From a virus: a DNA stretch of 45,018 nt. Below are positions 43,027 to 45,018 of the stretch, piece after piece; position 1 is the first letter of the stretch, and each line of letters opens with the position of its first letter. Below the pieces are notes generated by a model that had not been told where the DNA came from, did not search any database, and was given only the letters and a program-made list of their open reading frames with translations. Both the position numbers and the translations under genes were made by a program. The stretch lies in the IMG/VR virus record IMGVR_UViG_3300023208_000002; one strand, 5' to 3'.

Positions 43027-43139
43027 CACACACCCCATACCATATTGTGAATTAACTTGCTTAACCCCATTACTGCAAAAATCACGATCAAATAAAACAA
43101 AACCATGACTTTTGCAAATTTTATAAACTCTTTACTCAT
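43026..43139 (-). CDS. 37-aa membrane peptide (not in ORF track)
   Basis: MSKEFIKFAKVMVLFYLIVIFAVMGLSKLIHNMVWGV; ATGA-coupled to the Imm-like gene. Confidence 0.35.
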   Translation of the reverse strand: MSKEFIKFAKVMVLFYLIVIFAVMGLSKLIHNMVWGV

Positions 43140-43348
43140 TTGTTGTTGATCTGGTTATTTACGATTACTGTCTGGTTACCGCCTTTATTCGACAATGACC
43201 AGAACAAGCTCCAAAACCAGAACAACACAGACCAACCTAAAAACAAGTTCATCGCAAAGATTGCCCATTTACTTGCATGTCCACGCATAAAACCAATAAT
43301 GCTAGGCGCGAAATACATAATTACTGAAACAACTAAAACTAATTCCAT
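43136..43348 (-). CDS. Superinfection-immunity-like membrane protein
   Basis: GGAG lies before ATG 43348. FAPSIIGFMRGHASKWAIFAMNLFLGWSVLFWFWSLFW resembles the Imm_superinfect family pattern. Confidence 0.55.
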   Translation of the reverse strand: MELVLVVSVIMYFAPSIIGFMRGHASKWAIFAMNLFLGWSVLFWFWSLFWSLSNKGGNQTVIVNNQINNK

Positions 43349-43361
43349 AATAAATCTCCAA

Positions 43362-43523
43362 TCACTTTTGCTTAATATAATCAAGAGAATCTGTTTCAAG
43401 ATCCATTCTCTTAAACACTTCTTCAATTAAATGCATAACTGTTTCATCGCCATGATGGTGAGCAAAACTAAATTCATCACTAAGCATATCTATCAACTTT
43501 TGCTTAAATTCATTTAATTCCAT
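43362..43523 (-). CDS. 53-aa hypothetical protein (not in ORF track); first gene after the palindromic box
   Basis: MELNEFKQKLIDMLSDEFSFAHHHGDETVMHLIEEVFKRMDLETDSLDYIKQK. Confidence 0.4.
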   Translation of the reverse strand: MELNEFKQKLIDMLSDEFSFAHHHGDETVMHLIEEVFKRMDLETDSLDYIKQK

Positions 43524-43545
43524 AATAAACTCTCTGTTAATTTAT

Positions 43546-43581
43546 ATTCTCAATAGTAAATACTATTGAGAATAATTGCAA
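43546..43581 (-). promoter_or_regulatory. Conserved-box promoter F with 28-bp perfect palindrome (43546-43573); TTGCAA-17-TACTAT
   Basis: ATTCTCAATAGTA-AA-TACTATTGAGAAT. -35 at 43576-43581 and -10 at 43553-43558 (minus-strand reading). Confidence 0.65.
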
Positions 43582-43593
43582 CTGTTTTTTAAA

Positions 43594-43761
43594 TTATTTG
43601 CATGTGATTATGGGTTTTACATTCAATGCGGAAACAAAACCTTTAATAAATAATTCACCATTTTTTAAGCACAAGAGTTGCTCTCCATTTAAATTGAAAG
43701 ATGTTAAAACATCATATTTTTTGCCCTTAAAATAAACCCGATCACCGATTTTGTATTTCAT
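43594..43761 (-). CDS. 55-aa hypothetical protein (not in ORF track)
   Basis: ATGA-coupled; MKYKIGDRVYFKGKKYDVLTSFNLNGEQLLCLKNGELFIKGFVSALNVKPIITCK. Confidence 0.4.
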   Translation of the reverse strand: MKYKIGDRVYFKGKKYDVLTSFNLNGEQLLCLKNGELFIKGFVSALNVKPIITCK

Positions 43762-43940
43762 TTCTTAATCTCCACGAATACTGGAATTTCATACATGATG
43801 TTATCTAACTCTTGCTCTGCAATTTTACGCGCATATTTGTGAGTTAATTTTTCATCTTGTAATATCTCTAAAACCTTATAAAGCTTGTCACTTAATCCAG
43901 ATATTGCTTTATTTACATATTCCAAATCTTGCTTATTCAT
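43758..43940 (-). CDS. Hypothetical protein (60 aa)
   Basis: ORF, 4-nt overlaps. Confidence 0.45.
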   Translation of the reverse strand: MNKQDLEYVNKAISGLSDKLYKVLEILQDEKLTHKYARKIAEQELDNIMYEIPVFVEIKK

Positions 43941-44194
43941 ACTCTACACCCCTTCTCTATCTCTTCATCCGTTGCGTGACGCAAACATTTAGTACCTGCA
44001 CGCAAACTATCAATCTTATGAATAACACTGTCTTTGCTATATTCCTCCTTAAATACAACAAGGTCGCCTATTTCAAAAATATTGTTTTGTCGGCGGTATT
44101 CGAGTAAAGCTTTGTTTAAATGGTCGTCAAAACCCCATTGTTCACCCTGCTTCTTAGCTTCTACATAGCCGCCCAATCTATCAATTAAATTCAT
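43937..44194 (-). CDS. Hypothetical protein (85 aa)
   Basis: ORF immediately downstream of dnaB. Confidence 0.5.
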   Translation of the reverse strand: MNLIDRLGGYVEAKKQGEQWGFDDHLNKALLEYRRQNNIFEIGDLVVFKEEYSKDSVIHKIDSLRAGTKCLRHATDEEIEKGCRV

Positions 44195-44204
44195 TTAAAA
44201 ATCC

Positions 44205-45018
44205 TCACATGTCCAAATATTCTAAATTAAGATTGCTAAATCTTGAGTATTGTAGTTCAGTTGCTAATCTAACTGTTCCAACCTCACCATCACGCGCTTT
44301 GGCTACAATAATTTCGGCAATACCCTGATCTTTTGAGTTCTTATCATAATACTCATCACGATATATAAACATGATCACATCTGCGTCCTCTTCAATAGAC
44401 CCTGACTCACGAATGTCAGACATTAGAGGTCGTCTATCTTTTCTAGATTCTAAGCTTCGGCTTAATTGCGCTAAACAAAAAACAGGACAATCAAATTCTT
44501 TTGCTATAGCCTTAAGACCTTTTGATATTGCACCAACTGCCAAGTGATTGTTGTCAGTAGATAATGGTGATTTAAGCAATGTTAAATAGTCAACGAATAC
44601 TGCACCCACATAACCATATTTTGCTTTCATGATTCGGCAATTTTTTCTAATATCCGATAGGCTAGGTCTTGCTCTATCATCAATTAAAAGCTTTGATGCC
44701 TTCAATTTCTCAGTTGCTTTATAGAAGAACTCCCAATCCTTGTCTTTAATATCAGAATCACGAATATCTCTTAAATTTATTGAGGCTAGACTAGCAACCA
44801 ATCTTTGCCCAATTTTTTCTTTCGACATTTCAGCAGACTGGAATAAAACTGGATGTTGTTGCAGAAAAGAAACACTCAACATTAAGCTTTGGGCAAATGC
44901 GGTTTTCCCCATTGAAGGTCTGGCAGCAATAATAACTAAATCACTTTTTGATATTTGACCAAGCTGTCTATCCAAGTCCGTAAATCCAGTTTTTACACCT
45001 ACGTCAACTTTCTCTCCA
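44205..45018 (-). CDS. dnaB: Replicative DNA helicase DnaB, 3' (C-terminal ATPase) part; 5' part is 1..657
   Basis: Walker A AARPSMGKTAF, Walker B-like VGAVFVDYLTL, SQLSRSLESRKDRRPLMSDIRESGSIEEDAD. Confidence 0.85.
   Translation of the reverse strand, partial: GEKVDVGVKTGFTDLDRQLGQISKSDLVIIAARPSMGKTAFAQSLMLSVSFLQQHPVLFQSAEMSKEKIGQRLVASLASINLRDIRDSDIKDKDWEFFYKATEKLKASKLLIDDRARPSLSDIRKNCRIMKAKYGYVGAVFVDYLTLLKSPLSTDNNHLAVGAISKGLKAIAKEFDCPVFCLAQLSRSLESRKDRRPLMSDIRESGSIEEDADVIMFIYRDEYYDKNSKDQGIAEIIVAKARDGEVGTVRLATELQYSRFSNLNLEYLDM
44892..45018. repeat. Terminal overlap, copy 2 (identical to 1..127)
   Basis: Exact 127-nt identity with the window start. Confidence 0.95.

Noticed and set aside
9845-44958. 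Many track ORFs lie antisense to, or in alternative frames of, long genes. Examples: 784..987, 1039..1419, 5442..5636, 5916..6281, 9064..9249, 9845..10225, 10147..10347, 10407..10604, 10424..10708, 12592..12867, 15365..15649, 15896..16150, 17385..17588, 18185..18376, 18635..18880, 19873..20088, 20443..20724, 22275..22511, 23530..23889, 23975..24160, 24274..24474, 25354..25542, 26284..26469, 26866..27081, 27309..27728, 28095..28406, 31001..31222, 31845..32105, 33748..33942, 34344..34712, 36326..36523, 36354..36593, 38759..39079, 39809..40066, 40470..40745, 42202..42465, 42542..42778, 43140..43430, 43904..44107, 44740..44958
   Set aside because: Each is fully embedded in, or heavily overlaps, a better-supported gene with recognisable motifs or synteny. 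They lack RBSs and have low-complexity or odd composition, so they are treated as shadow ORFs.
1-45018. Search for CRISPR arrays, tRNA/tmRNA genes, integrases/transposases, reverse transcriptases, toxin-antitoxin pairs and known defence or anti-defence genes
   Set aside because: I saw no regularly spaced direct repeats, no cloverleaf-compatible sequences and no catalytic motifs of these families in the translated ORFs. Absence is by eye only and should be confirmed with tRNAscan-SE, Infernal and profile HMM searches.

Overview
The window is one complete, circularly closed tailed-phage genome. Unit length is 44,891 bp. Bases 1-127 are an exact copy of 44892-45018, and the dnaB gene runs across that junction. 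The genome is AT-rich, holds about 95 tightly packed genes and has a contractile-tail (myovirus) structural module. The endolysin, the tailspike and the gene order resemble the ~45-kb Acinetobacter baumannii myophages (AP22/AB1 type). That comparison rests on protein sequences I remember, not on a search.

Layout:
- One short rightward operon (3260-8741): HTH-membrane protein, lipoprotein, RecT plus exonuclease, dUTPase, decayed HNH endonuclease.
- One very long leftward direction. It starts at a divergent control region near 3.2 kb and passes the replication genes (initiator with internal iterons, DnaB).
- It then wraps through the junction and crosses about 35 small early genes (44.2-37.7 kb).
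- Next come packaging and head genes (37.6-24.8 kb), then neck, tail, baseplate and fibre genes (24.1-10.1 kb).
- It ends with the lysis cassette (10.0-8.8 kb).

I found no integrase, tRNA, CRISPR array or recognisable defence or anti-defence gene.

Most notable unexplained signals:
1. A ~0.45-kb ORF-free, GC-enriched, hairpin-dense segment (32.2-32.65 kb) with its own terminator. It is a candidate large structured phage RNA.
2. A perfectly conserved 16-nt box (ATTTACTATTGAGAAT) at six intergenic promoters, one of them a 28-bp perfect palindrome.
3. Back-to-back divergent promoters sharing one palindromic -35 hexamer between two HTH genes.
4. A half-size beta-sliding-clamp homologue carried as a self-contained promoter-gene-terminator unit inside the late operon.
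5. A 4.5-kb accessory island that splits the head module and carries paralogue families.

All functional calls come from motif recognition by eye and need database confirmation.
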